A program made the position numbers and the translations under genes. Positions 13,409-26,353 of a DNA stretch of 64,000 nucleotides are shown here, one piece after another. Origin of the DNA: Proteromonas lacertae (Eukaryota); contig NGBS01000587.1 of the NCBI GenBank assembly GCA_002245135.1, positions 186,001-250,000 on the forward strand, in the 5' to 3' direction. The number at the start of each line of letters is the position of its first letter. Positions within the stretch are counted from its first letter, which is position 1. The notes below the pieces were generated by a model. That model saw only the letters and a program-made list of their open reading frames with translations, did not search any database and was not told the origin of the DNA.

Positions 13409-15137
13409 TTATTCATCATCATCATCATCAATTTCTTCTTCTTCTTCTTCTTCTTCTTCTTCTTCTTCTTCTTCTTCTTCCTCCTCATCCATCATCATCA
13501 TCATCTTCATCAATATCATTATCTATATCGTATATCACTTCCAAATTTGCTTTTCTCAATTTGAGGTTATTGAAATGTCTTTCTCCAACTCTTTCACTAC
13601 CTCCATTATGTATTAAAACTATATCAGTTAGTTTATCTAATTTTCCGCAGTTATCACAGAAAGTTCTAATAACATTACCATGATCATCATCGTCAACTAG
13701 ATTATTTCCTGCTAGAAAAAGAGTATCTGCATTAGTAAGAGTTGATAAATATTCATTTATGTATCTCAATCCTTGATTATTTAATCCAGTAACACCTGCA
13801 TGAAGCGCAATAAACTCATTCTTTCTTTCATCATCAAATGTAAGCAAATGTAATTTCTTTGATAAATGTTTCCAACCATCGGTATTGATTGGATTTTTTT
13901 GTATATCTAACCCTATCATATTTGGTAAGATATCAAGGCATTTACATAATCTAATAGTTTCAGATGAATCAATATTATTGCCATTTAGAAACAAGTATTC
14001 TAAATATGTTAATCTATGCATATTATCTAAAAGAGAGTTTAATATTTCTCCTTTGATATTCTTTTCATGTAAATCTAATGAACGATTGGCTATATTTTGT
14101 AGAATCATAAGATCTATTAACACAGACTTTCTAGTTTCGTCCATCATCTTTACATGTGGTTCTATTTTCTCTAAAACATTTTTATAAGATGAACCAGCAC
14201 ACCAAACCATATTTATGACATTAAATAATTCTTTTAATCCAGTATGTTCTTGTTTTTTATTATACCATTTAATAATACTATTAAATACCTTTTTAATGTA
14301 TTTTTTATCATAGTTATCACAGCAATACTTGAAAAAAGTAATATTTATACCATATCCATTCATTGCACACCATCTGCAATCATTACATTGCAATAATTTC
14401 ACTATACAGTGATTTTCATCGAGTGACTCTTTTTCAGTGTTTATATATATAATCACCTCATCAAGATTCATTCTTTCGTCTGGATTGTATTCCATCATCT
14501 TTTTAATAATTTCATCATAATCTTTATGAATTGAGAGTTTATATTCCTTTGTTTCTGATATTTTCTTTTTAAGCATGAAGGATGATTCAGAATAATAGTG
14601 ATTATGAGTTATGATATAGTATAAAATACAACCTAAACTATACACGTCAGTTTTACATGTAACTTCTTTACCAGTTATTTGTTCAGGACTCATGTAGTTG
14701 TAATATTGTAACGGAATGTTATTCAACTGCCTAATATCATTCAACCCAAAATCTACAACAAACCAATCATTTCCATCAAATCTTATGTTTGAAGGTTTGA
14801 TATTACCATGTATTATACCTACATCATTAAATTTCTTTACTAAATTACATATTTTACTAAATGTGGCTATGTCTTCTTTCAAATTTGGTGAAAACTTAAA
14901 ATTCAAAAAGGAAACAGGCATATTCCTTTCTTCAATGGTTAACAGATTTTCATCAAATGATTTTACTTTAAAAAAACAGTTTTTCTGAATTAATAGCTGA
15001 TTTACCTGATTTGTAAGTTTCACAAACTGACTTATGCATTTTTCGTTTGTACCCCGTATATCTACTACTTTCACGTAATAACTGTCTTTGATATCACTTT
15101 TGTGATTTTCATTTTCAAATTTTTTTGTAATGTTCAT
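13409..15137 (-). CDS. Kinase-like (probable pseudokinase) + RNI-type LRR protein with acidic tail, intronless
   Basis: HGNIKPSN, DFG, YMSPE, DVYSLG, followed by LRRs. An extra base at ~13490 truncates the ORF; the corrected frame continues through the (GAA)16 poly-Glu tract to TAA at 13409-13411. Confidence 0.85.
13433..13480. repeat. (CTT/GAA)16 microsatellite, probably coding poly-Glu
   Basis: Perfect trinucleotide run, in frame with the kinase-LRR gene once the +1 insertion is removed. Confidence 0.9.
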
Positions 15138-15570
15138 ATCGCTCTATTTGTAATATAAACTATAAGAATGTATACGTTATTCTAGTTTAGCGTAGTGAAG
15201 GTACAAAAGAGTTATTACGAGATATTGAAACTCAAAAAAAGTTACAGATCCCGAGAAACTTTTGCGGTTTTCGGATTTTCAAATTTTGAAATTAATGTTT
15301 GTATGCTTAATGTTGACTTAGAATGGATATAAAATTTATATATTTTCTTTTTATTAGTGACTTTTTATATAACTACCAAAAACTTGTTTTTCAATCTCCA
15401 AAACTAAACTCAGATAAAAACAAGTTTAATGATGATTATAATCGATATATTTATAGTTAATTTGTTTTTGTTTTATTTTGTTAGATTATATGAACTTATT
15501 TTGATTGGCGGTTGTTTCAAATTTTTTAAGTATTTCATTTTTTTCTCTTCAGGATAGTTGATATTATTGA

Positions 15571-17428
15571 ATGTTATCACCTACAAGATTTAGAGGTGGT
15601 TATCAGCCACCGAATGACGTTAAAGGTATAGTAATCTAGAGTAAATTACTTTTAGATGATTCAAGTCAAAGTCCTAGTGTAAAAAGTCCTAGTATTTCTG
15701 ATGATAATTCTTATATAAAGCAGTATTAATATACAAAGTTATTATTAATAGGACCGATGACTTACTTGATCCAGATTATCTTAGCGAAGGAGAAGAATCA
15801 CCTGTTGAATTTACTACAAGTCATAAAAGAAATGTTCCACCATCTCCTGCAATTTTTGGCACACCTGTGGCTCAATTAGTACGAGCTTCAATAAAAACAA
15901 CAAAAACATCAAATACTTCATCTCCATCAACTTCTACATTGAATTCACCTATTCCTAAAGGCACTGCGATTATTTGCCCAAATTCATGTTTTCTTCATAA
16001 TACTGGAAAAACTCATCAAGAATGTATAACAAGGTTGGAAGTATTATGTGGATTAAATGGAGTATTAAGAAGACCAGAATTTCACAATATTCATTGGATA
16101 GAGGGTAATGATGTACCACCTGCAGAATTAAGCGATATATTACGAGTTCATGATGTTGATTACATAATGCATTTACAAGATAAAGCAAATGAAGCACGAA
16201 TCAAAAATGAGTCAATATATCTTGATGCTGACACTATCATATCACCATATTCATATGAAGCGTCAGTAAATGCATCTGGGGCAGTTTGTCTAGCTGTAGA
16301 TAAAGTAGTAAGTGGAGAATATAAAAACGTATTTGTAGCAATAAGACCACCAGGACACCATGCTGGTTGTAATGGGGCTGTACAAAACGTACCAAATTAT
16401 CATTTAAGATCTGATATGTGTTCTAATGGATTTTGCTTATTGAATAATTTGTGTATTGGAGCTGCTTATGCCAAGAATATGTATGGTAGACATAATTATG
16501 GAATTAAACAGTATTTATTTTTTGTATTATATTGATGCATAGTCCTGAATTGCCTTTAATTCGTCGTATAGCGATAATAGATTTCGATATCCATCATGGT
16601 AATGGAACTGAAGATATAATCCACAATTTATCACCTCGTGACGTTTTAATACCACTGCCAGGCAGTTGGAAGCCAATGACCAAATTTGTGTACAAACCTT
16701 GGCTTGATGAAAATGATGTAAATGAAACGTACTTCTGTAGTATTCATTTATATAATGGTGATAATTTCTACCCATGTAGTGGAAATGATAATGATAATTC
16801 CATAAATAATACGAATAGTGTTAATTCTACAATTACCAGTGTAATTGGCGATACAGTCGATGTTAATCATAGAATGAAGAGATCAAATCCAAGAATATCT
16901 ACAGGCACACCTAAATCTGAACAGAATCTAATTGTCAATATCCCAATGAATATAATAGGTCCAGTTTCAATATCAAAGAAACATACACTAAATAGTACAC
17001 AATTATCTCAACTAAATAGTCAAGCCAGTTCAGTATTTAGAGAAAAAGTAACAAATATATTAATACCTTCATTAGACGAATTTAAACCGGACTTGATATT
17101 TTTATCCAGTGGATTCGATGGACATATCGATGATTTATATTATTATCTGAATGAGGATGATTATAGCTGGTTAACTAATGAAATATTGTGTATTGCAAAT
17201 AAACATTGTAATGGAAGAGTAATATCTGTATTAGAAGGTGGTTATAATGTTACTAAGATTAAGAGACCATCTTCTAAAAGAAAGATTATTAAACAGCCTT
17301 CTAGTGTAGATGGAGTGAGTAATTGTAGTATCAATAATGAAATTAACTATATTCAAGGGAATGATTGTGGATTGAGTAGATGTGTTGAAGCACATGTGAT
17401 GAGTTTATTAAAGTCACATAATTATTAA
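15571..17428 (+). CDS. Histone deacetylase family protein (class II / AcuC-AphA-like), 4 exons
   Basis: Motifs RPPGHH, NGFC, DFDIHHGNGT, SSGFDGH, LEGGY. ~30-nt introns near 15626, 15723 and 16511. Confidence 0.93.
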
Positions 17429-17595
17429 TTATTAATATACTAGTATAATTTCTTTTCTAATTTAGAAAGTTTATTAAATGACTTTTTGAATGTTGTGTTT
17501 ATGATGTGAAAGAATGAAAATACAACTTCTATGAAGTATATTTTCAGTTTAAAATAGCGAACCAACATCAAACCTATTTTCTTTTTAAGTGAATT

Positions 17596-18257
17596 ATGCA
17601 GAATCTGTTGAATCTTTTGAGTTCTGAAATACTTCCTGCAATTATTGTTTTTGATTTAGATTGTATTTTGTTGTACATTTATATTTAAAGATACATTATG
17701 GCCTTTTTGGGTAGATACACCTATATCACCACCGTTTTCCAAAGGAACAAATGGATTTTATCAAGGGTATCGTAATACACTATTTGATTTGTTAATAGAA
17801 GAAGAAAATCATTTGCTACTTTTTATAAGGATGTTCCAGAAATATTATCTGCAATTTATAATACAAAACGAATTGATATAGCAATAGCAAGTAGGACAGA
17901 AGAGCCAGATTGGGCTAAAGAAATAATTGAACTTGTAAATTTTGAAAATGGAGAGACTTTATGTATAAAATACTATATTATTCTGTAAATAGCATCAATA
18001 AGCAAATATCACGAAATAATTCCAAGTTCTAAAGTATAAATTTGAAGAATTATTATTTTAGATAAATCATTTTCAGAACTATACATAGGAAATCAGGTGT
18101 ACCATATGATCAAATGATGTTTTTTGATGATGAAAGTAGAAATATACAAGCAGTATCGAGTTTAGGAGTTAATTGTTATCAAGTTAATAATGGTGTAAGT
18201 ATATCTGAATTTGCTAATGCATTGAAAGATTATCAGGAAAAGCATCAAAGTAAATAG
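17596..18257 (+). CDS. MDP1: Magnesium-dependent phosphatase 1 (HAD IIIC), copy 1, 5 exons
   Basis: Spliced IVFDLDYTLWPFW, IASRT and MMFFDDESRN. Four ~30-nt introns; one +1 insertion at 18079-18080. Confidence 0.88.
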
Positions 18258-18330
18258 ATGAATAATTAATGTTTTTTAAATTTTTCTGTATTTTAAACAT
18301 ATTTCCTTCTAATAATAATACTATCTTCCA

Positions 18331-18846
18331 ATGGAACCAACCGAAGAAATGATAAAGTATTTTGAGAAAAGAACAAATGAACATATATACAGAGTAAACA
18401 GAAACTTAATTGTGATGAAAGATTATAAAGGTTTAACTGAAGATATTCTAAAAATAAGGGGTGAATCACATGACAGAAGTAAATTCTATAATCCCGAAAG
18501 AATTCCGTATATTTACTTATCTTGGCGGAAGAAGTGCAAAAGCGAAAATATAAATTACCAATACCCTCCAGAAGTAGAGAATGAAGTAAAACAAGCTATA
18601 AAACATCATATAGAGAATAATTCTCATCATCCAGAATCTCATAAAAATGTTAATGATATGTCATTACTTGATATGGTAGAAATGGTGTGTGACTGGACAG
18701 CTATGGCACAAGAGTACGGTAAAACTAGTTGTTTTTCATATGCTTCAGAAAACATTGACAGATGGAATTTTAATAATGATAAAAAGGATGAGATTTTTTC
18801 AATAATAACTGAAATTGATAGAAGATTGGGGAAGATATGTAACTAA
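18331..18846 (+). CDS. DUF5662-like HD-superfamily protein (phage/bacterial type), intronless
   Basis: Motifs EHIYRV, HDRSKF, HHIENNSHHPE and MSLLDMVEMVCDWTAM match my recollection of the DUF5662 pattern. Confidence 0.75.
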   Translation: MEPTEEMIKYFEKRTNEHIYRVNRNLIVMKDYKGLTEDILKIRGESHDRSKFYNPERIPYIYLSWRKKCKSENINYQYPPEVENEVKQAIKHHIENNSHHPESHKNVNDMSLLDMVEMVCDWTAMAQEYGKTSCFSYASENIDRWNFNNDKKDEIFSIITEIDRRLGKICN

Positions 18847-19010
18847 TACAAATAAACTTATCTGTACTCATCAATATTAACAATATATTAATATCAATAA
18901 TACAAAATAAGTTAATTATCTTGCATTGCAATATATTTAAATCATTTTAAATATATGGTGTGTGAAAATTATTTTGGGGGATATTTTCATATAAAGTGAA
19001 ATTTCTTTGT

Positions 19011-19650
19011 ATGAGTTTTAGGGACAAGAAAGTGGGAATCAAAGACGTTATTAATGCATTACATTCAAAAAAGAAGCTCCCTAAAATCGTAGTGTTTGAC
19101 TTAGACTGTATATGTAAAGTGTATTATTCAATTAGACACCTTTATGGCCATATTGGGTTGATGATGGTTTATATCCACCATTTTATGAAGGAATCAATTG
19201 CTTTTATTCAGGGTATAACAGATGATTTAAATTTAATAGAAGAAATAAACAACAAAACAACCTATTTCCCGGTGTTCATGAAATTTTAATGGCTATATAC
19301 GAATCTGAAGTTATGGAAATGGGAATAGCTAGTCTAGATACTGATGCAATTGAAGTTTTACCTTTAATTCATTTTGAAGAAGGACCTACACTCGAAGAGA
19401 TAATGAAATACCAACAATTACACTGTTCAAATAAAGTATTAATACTTTCAGAGGATATATTCAATAGAAAAATCATTTTAACAGTATACACAACAAATCA
19501 GGAGTTCCTTATGAAGAAATGATATTTTTTGATGATGATCTTAGTAATATAAGGAGTGTGCAACAACTAGGTGTTCATTGTCACTATGTACCTGACGGTT
19601 TATCATACTCTGAATTTCTTAAAGCTATAGATGAATATCAAAGTAAATAG
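19011..19650 (+). CDS. MDP1: Magnesium-dependent phosphatase 1, divergent copy 2, 4 exons
   Basis: Spliced VVFDLDYTLWPYW and EMIFFDDDLSN; ends QSK* like copy 1. Confidence 0.85.
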
Positions 19651-19854
19651 TAATATTTAGATATTTTTCAACCATTTTTAAGTATATTTCTTTTTTTCAA
19701 ATGAATTAATCATGTTTTCATTGTTTTCATTCCATATAATCTCCGTTTTGATTTGTTTATATTATATTTAATTCTTTGTTGTTATTTAATCTATTCAAAC
19801 AAACACACAAATTCAAAATTTCAAACTGTCACTTTTTTATATTCGTTTAAATCA

Positions 19855-22208
19855 ATGGATGAGATAGAAAATATTACTGAGTATTTTAATAGCTCTTATC
19901 ATGCAATAATAGAGGGAAAGAAAATATACTTCCTCAACAAGAAGATACTCCAACAGACATTCTACCTAAGAAAAAGCTTAATTTTGGTGATGATACAAAT
20001 GAAAAATGTACATATGTCTGTAATATTGTTATATAGTAAAATTAACTTCAAAATTACCTTCAAAAGAACCAATTTCTGTATATTTAAGGTTAAAGTATAT
20101 TCATTATTTTATTACTTTACAATAGACCAAATATCAATGGTTGTGATGACAGTTTTATCACTAAAGCAACAGATAAAGAAATAGCGCTTGTCTCACCCCA
20201 AACAAGTCAATCATATAAAAATGGTGAAAGAGATGCTTCATTTCATTTCTCTCACGTTTTAAAACAGGATTCCACTCAAGATGATGTCTTTAAAGTTGTT
20301 GTAGAACCACAAATTGACCAAATCATAACAGGTCACAATTGGTTATTATTTGCATATGGTGTTACTAACGCAGGTAAAACATATACAATGTCAGGAACAA
20401 AAGAGTATTTAATTCTATATTTTTAAAAAATTATTTATAATATAGAAACCCTGGTTTAATTTCACACATTCTCACTTCAATATTCAATTTACTAGAGCAA
20501 CACAAAGGCGAAGTAGAATATAGTAATATCTCAATAGTCGTTAGTTTTATTGAAATATATAATGATAGAATATATGATTTATTAGTCCCACCTCCAACCG
20601 AAACATGGATTAACAGACCATTTTTGAAATTGTTTACTACTAAAGACGGTAAACCATTATTAAGTGGATTAAAAGTATATATTATTATTATTATTATTTT
20701 CTTATTCATAGGAAGTTGAAGTTAAAACAATGAGTGATGGTATAAATATACTACATGAAGGATTAAAAACAAGAACTGCTGCTTTAACACAATTAAATAT
20801 AGATAGTTCCAGATCACATTCAATATTCAATATAAAAATATATCAAAATGTAATTGGAAGTGAGAACAATGTAATAGAAAGAAAATTAAAATCAAAATTC
20901 CAAATATGTGATTTAGCTGGAAGTGAAAGAAATAATCGAACAAATAGCAGTGGAATAAGACAAAAAGAAGCTGGACAAATAAACAGTAGTTTAATGCATT
21001 TAATGAGATGTTTCGATACTTTAAGATTCAATCAAAAACATCATCAATCTAAGAAAATGGTTCCTTTTAGAGATTCGAAATTAACGAGATTATTTCAAGA
21101 GTTTTTTGTTGGTGAGAATGTTGGTTCTATTTCTATGATTGTGAATATAAGTACTGATCCAGCTGATTATGATGAAACACTATATACATTGAAATATGCA
21201 TGTTTATCAAGTGACATTCAGACTTTACCTACAAAGTATATATATGTATATATTATTTATAGAGTTGATACGAGGTTGAATAGTAAATATGATTTGAATG
21301 GTAAAGTATTACCTCAATTTAAAAAGACTGTTCCTACACCAGCTGTTGTTGCAATTAAAGCAATTCATAAATCAGTATAATTATATATACATATATATTA
21401 ATTAGACAAAATCATGTGATTTTACTTATACCAATAATAATAATAATAATAATAATGACAGTATTAATTATAAGAAGGAATATGAAGAATTGAAGTTGAA
21501 TTATGAACAATTAGAGAATGAATTAAGGGAGAATTATACAAAAGCATTAGAAGAAGAACATAAATTATTAGTATAAATAAATGAATATATATTTATTAGA
21601 AAGATTATTATGAAAAAGCATTAACAAGAGAGATTGAAAGAATAGAAGAAAAATATAAGACTCAAGACTTAATAAAGACAGTAAAAGTATTATTTTGATA
21701 TTTATTATATTTATAGAGTGATAGAGTAAGATCAAGGTGTGAAGAAGAGAATGAAATATTGAAAGAGAAAGTAGAAGAATGTGAGGATGAGATAAGTAGA
21801 TTAAAAACTACTCATTCATCAGAAATTGCTTCTATTAGTCAGAAATATAAAGAAGAAATTGATAATATGAAGTATGAATTAGATGTGATGAAAAAGGAGT
21901 GGGAAAAGAAGGAAGATGAGTATAAATGTGAAATTAACCATCTTCATTCTGATAAGATAGAATTATTGAGTAAATCTAGAAACGAAGATATTGAAGAAGA
22001 GACTAATGAAAAACCAGAAGATGAGCCAAAACCTAAGAAAACATCAAATGGAAGAAGAGGAAGAAAGAGAAGTAGTAAAGAAAAAACAGAAGATGAGGGT
22101 GATGATGAAATAGAAAATAATACAAACAAGAAGAGAAGATCATTGAGAAATAGTGAGAATAATGAAGAAATAAGTGAGTATAAAAAGAAATTACGATCTA
22201 GAAAATAA
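19855..22208 (+). CDS. Kinesin motor protein, kinesin-6 (KIF20/KIF23)-like, multi-exon
   Basis: ISVYLRLKP, P-loop AYGVTNAGKTYT, FIEIYND, SSRSHS, DLAGSER, INSSL, VPFRDSKLT, and a C-terminal coiled coil. Confidence 0.92.
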
Positions 22209-22359
22209 CTACATTTAGTTTATAAGTGTTTTTTATTTAATATTTGTGAAATAAAAAATAAATAAATAAAAGGTTTGAATAATGGTTTGAATGAATAAAT
22301 CCTATTTTCTTCCTTCATAAAGTGTGTAATAGAATGACAAATATATTAAATTGAATTAG

Positions 22360-24052
22360 ATGGTATATTTAATTTATTAATAACATTTATAGTTTAGAAT
22401 TCAAGAAAATAAACAAAAAATTACTTCATTCAGTAAATATGTGAAAGTTATACCATTAAAGTACATTAAATATGGTAATATTTTGGAATATATTGAGAAA
22501 ATAAACATATTGTCGGTATTACAGATTAATTCAGTAGTTCCAATACTCAATTACTCGTTTACAGATAATAGTTGTTTTAAAATAACAATGCCAAAGTATT
22601 TATATTCACTTCAACAATATATTGACACAAATTTTCAGAATTACAAATTTATTCTATTATCAATAATAAAAACATTACAATCAATACATGCAGCTAATAT
22701 AATTCATTCAAATATAAAGCCTTCCAACATCTTATTCGATTCAAACCATTCTCTTTATATAACAGATTATATGATTAATTCCATAAGAAGTATAGAATGT
22801 TTATCAATTTATGATTTATATTATCTAAGTCCAGAACAATTATCAGATAAATATATTAGTCATTCTACTGATATATGGAGTTTAGGATGTATATTAAAAG
22901 AAATAAAAATAGAAGATGAAATAACAAACAAAATGTTGGAGATTAATCCAATAAACAGAATATCATTAAATGATTTAGAAGTATACATAGTGAATCAGAT
23001 TGACAATAGGATATTTGAAAATAAGAGAGAATTATACATAAATAATGCAGTTGTAAGTGTGATAGATCAGAATTATATATTCAATAAAAAGGAATATAAA
23101 GAAATAATCAAACGAATCAATATAATAGAGAATCTTACAGATTCTTATAATAATGATAATAAATCTAGAAATAATATACTTTTTACGCTGATTGAAATAT
23201 TCTGGAAGTCTCATGATATGAAATTATATGATTTTATATCCAATAAATTGAAATATTTTGTTAAAACAACTGATAGTAAAGGAAGATCTATCTTTATTGA
23301 TGAAATATTGTTTAAATCTTTAACTTCATCATATTATATAGATATTTCTCGTATATTTACATATATTATAAATAGAAAAATCAATTGGAACAAACAGTCT
23401 TTTATATCTTACTCAATATTTTCATATTATTTATAACGTTAAAACACTTGATTTGTCATACAGTGGAATTGATTCATATGGTATTAAAGTATTGTGTTTG
23501 AATTTAAATAAATTGATTTATTTACAACAGTTATATATTGATAGTATATAATAATAATAATTATTATTATTATTATTGAATAGATAATCCATTCAGTGAC
23601 ACAGGATTGAAGTATTTATTACCATTTCTACAATTGATTATAGATGAAGATGGATTATTGGATTTGTCAAGTATAAATATATCTCATTCATTAATTATTA
23701 TATTATAGATATTGGATTATTTGATTATGGTTTTAATATATTATGTGATAGTTTTACATCAATTGCAAATGTTGTTGTTTCTATTGATATATCAGAGAAT
23801 TTATTAACAGATGAATCATTATCTATTTTGAGCAAGAAATGTGAATGTTTAAAGAAATTAAAATCTATTGATCTTGATGATAATACTTTCACTGATAAGG
23901 GAACAGAATATATAGTTAGTATAATTAAGAAGATGAGGAATTTGAAGGAGATTATTCTTGAATTTACTGATTTGTCGATATCATCAATCCAATACTTGAG
24001 ATCATTTGATTCTGGATTAAAAATATGTTATGATGATGATGATGATAGTTAA
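22360..24052 (+). CDS. Kinase-like (probable pseudokinase) + LRR protein, paralogue of 13409-15137
   Basis: ATG at 22360 is followed immediately by a 30-nt intron (22363-22392). HSNIKPSN, TDY replacing DFG, YLSPE, DIWSLG, then LRR exons. Confidence 0.8.
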
Positions 24053-24119
24053 TTGTAATTTAATTGTAATTTAAAGAAATATGTATGTTTGATTATTGTT
24101 TGGTTTGATAGAGTTTGAA

Positions 24120-26172
24120 ATGATAAGTAGATTTTTGCATAATTCTCATCTAATACGTACTTTTAAACCAGCATTTTCTGCTAATTTTTCTTTTCACTCA
24201 AAATTCTCTACAGATGTAAGTCAAGAGGTTGTTAGTTCAGATGATAACGGAGATCTGAGTTATTCAGTATTTCAATCAGATTTTAGTGTTGATGAAACAA
24301 AGAAAGAAAAAAATTATTCAAGACCATTAGGTAAATACAGATACACAAGAAAATATCTATTACCTCATACAGAGAAGAGTAGAAACTATTCAAAAAGTAG
24401 AAGACGTTCTGACTCATCACAAAATAAAGTATATATTTTATTTTGGTTGATATTTAATGATATATATAGTTGAATGAGTTAGCTATGAACCCAGAGACTC
24501 ATTATTATCCTGGTATACCTAGATTAAAGAACCATAATGCTGTTAGATTACCAAATGATGGAGTAGCTTCAAGAGTAAGATTTGAAGAAACAAAAGAAGT
24601 AGAATTGAATGAGAATTTGAAATCACAAGTACCTCCATCTTCCTATGAAAAAGCTAAGAAATATCAATCCTTTTTAAAATTTGTAAGTGATAAGCGAAAT
24701 GAATTTAAACATGCTACTACTCCAGCATTTATGAACGTAGTAACAGTAGGTGAGAATACATTTAACTGTGAAAAAATCCCTCCCAATCGTCGAATTGGTG
24801 AAATTGACACATTTAGTCTTAGTTATAATCATTTATTTGAAGTTCCAGTTAAAAGAACTGCGTTAGTAGTTGATACAGGAGATTATGAATGTAAAGATCC
24901 AATAAATGAAGTATATATAATATATAATATATTAAATAGTGGTCAAATCCGAGGAATATTAATAAATATATATTTTTAGATGAAAATGAGAATAATGTAT
25001 GTGGTGAATATAAAGACGAATTTCTATTAAGTGGAAAGAAAGGAATAATGCTTAGAAGTTGTATTCAAAAATTATTAAGAAAAGTCCAAAGTATATAAAG
25101 ATATATATATTTTTATATATTTTTGAAATAGATTATGAAAATGGTGAATTAGTCAATTTACCTCCATTTTTGATCATAAATGGCAAAAGAGGAAGTGGTA
25201 AAAGTTTCTGTTTAAATACAGTAGTTGAATATTGTCGAAAGAATAATTGGATTGTATTATTTAGTAATTCAATTTATGATGTATGTAATAATGGATCAAA
25301 TGTACTTCCATCTCGAAGATGCGATAATACATTTGATATATTTGATTATTCCAGTGAAATATTAAATAATGTATTTATTATTATTATAAATTTAGTTCAT
25401 AACAATTCATGGTGATAAATTAAAGAAATGTTTAGTTCGATGTGAATATAAAGATGGTTATTGGAGAAGTGGAACTGATTTTAGTAATGTATAAATTATA
25501 TATATATATTCAATTATAATGATAAATAGAAATTAAAAAGTGGAAATGCAACATTATATGATATGGTAAAACATGGAATAGATAAATATAGAGATGTATA
25601 TATATAATTATTTATTAATAGAGTGGAGATATATTATACCATTTACGTGAAGAATTAAGTGAAGTAGAAGAATATCCAGTATTAATAGCAGCGGATGAAT
25701 ATAATCTAATATATGATAAGACAATATATCAGTTTGCGAAATTACCGTATATATTAATAATAATAATAATAATAATAGTGTATATGGGTTTCAATTAAGA
25801 TATAATCAAGCATTTGAAGAATTTGATTTAGATGGAAAATTATTACATAAACCGATGAAGAATGGATTATGTTTATATTCAACAACTCATAAATATCCCC
25901 AAAGAGTATATTATATATATATGTTTAATTATCATTATTATGAATAGTTTAATCCTTCATTTAATTATGGTAAATATGAAATAGATATTCCATACTATAA
26001 TAAAGAAGAATTAAGTAATCAATTATCGTATTATGTAAAGAGTGGAGGTTTAAAGAGTAATATAAGTGAAGGCGATTTTCAGCGAATGTTTATGATTAGT
26101 CAAGGTTGTCCTAAGATAGTTCGTGAATGTTGTTTGAGAGATTGTACTTCCTTTTTCCTTCATTATAGTTAA
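24120..26172 (+). CDS. DAP3: Mitochondrial ribosomal protein mS29 / DAP3-like, multi-exon
   Basis: Mitochondrial-presequence-like N-terminus MISRFLHNSHLIRTFKPAFS, P-loop GKRGSGKS, YCRKNNWIVL, EYPVLIAADEYN. Confidence 0.72.
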
Positions 26173-26353
26173 AATGTAGAATAATGAAATATTTGTGTTT
26201 ATATTTTGATATGTTTTTGTTAGTGATTTGATGATATAAATTGTTGATAATGATAATGTAAATAGTTTTTATGTAAAAAGAACATATGTAGGCTCGACTA
26301 TCTGTTTGAGATCTTTTATTTTTGAATTGATATTGTGATTGTTATAAGTGAAA

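Noticed and set aside
15248..15277. Small GC-richer hairpin (atcccgagaaac...gttttcggat) in the intergenic region
   Set aside because: Short and bulged, with no recognisable RNA family features.
15500..19830. E2F-like (TTGGCGG, ~15505) and CHR-like (TTCAAA) motifs upstream of the HDAC and kinesin genes
   Set aside because: Short motifs expected by chance in very AT-rich DNA; no comparative support available.
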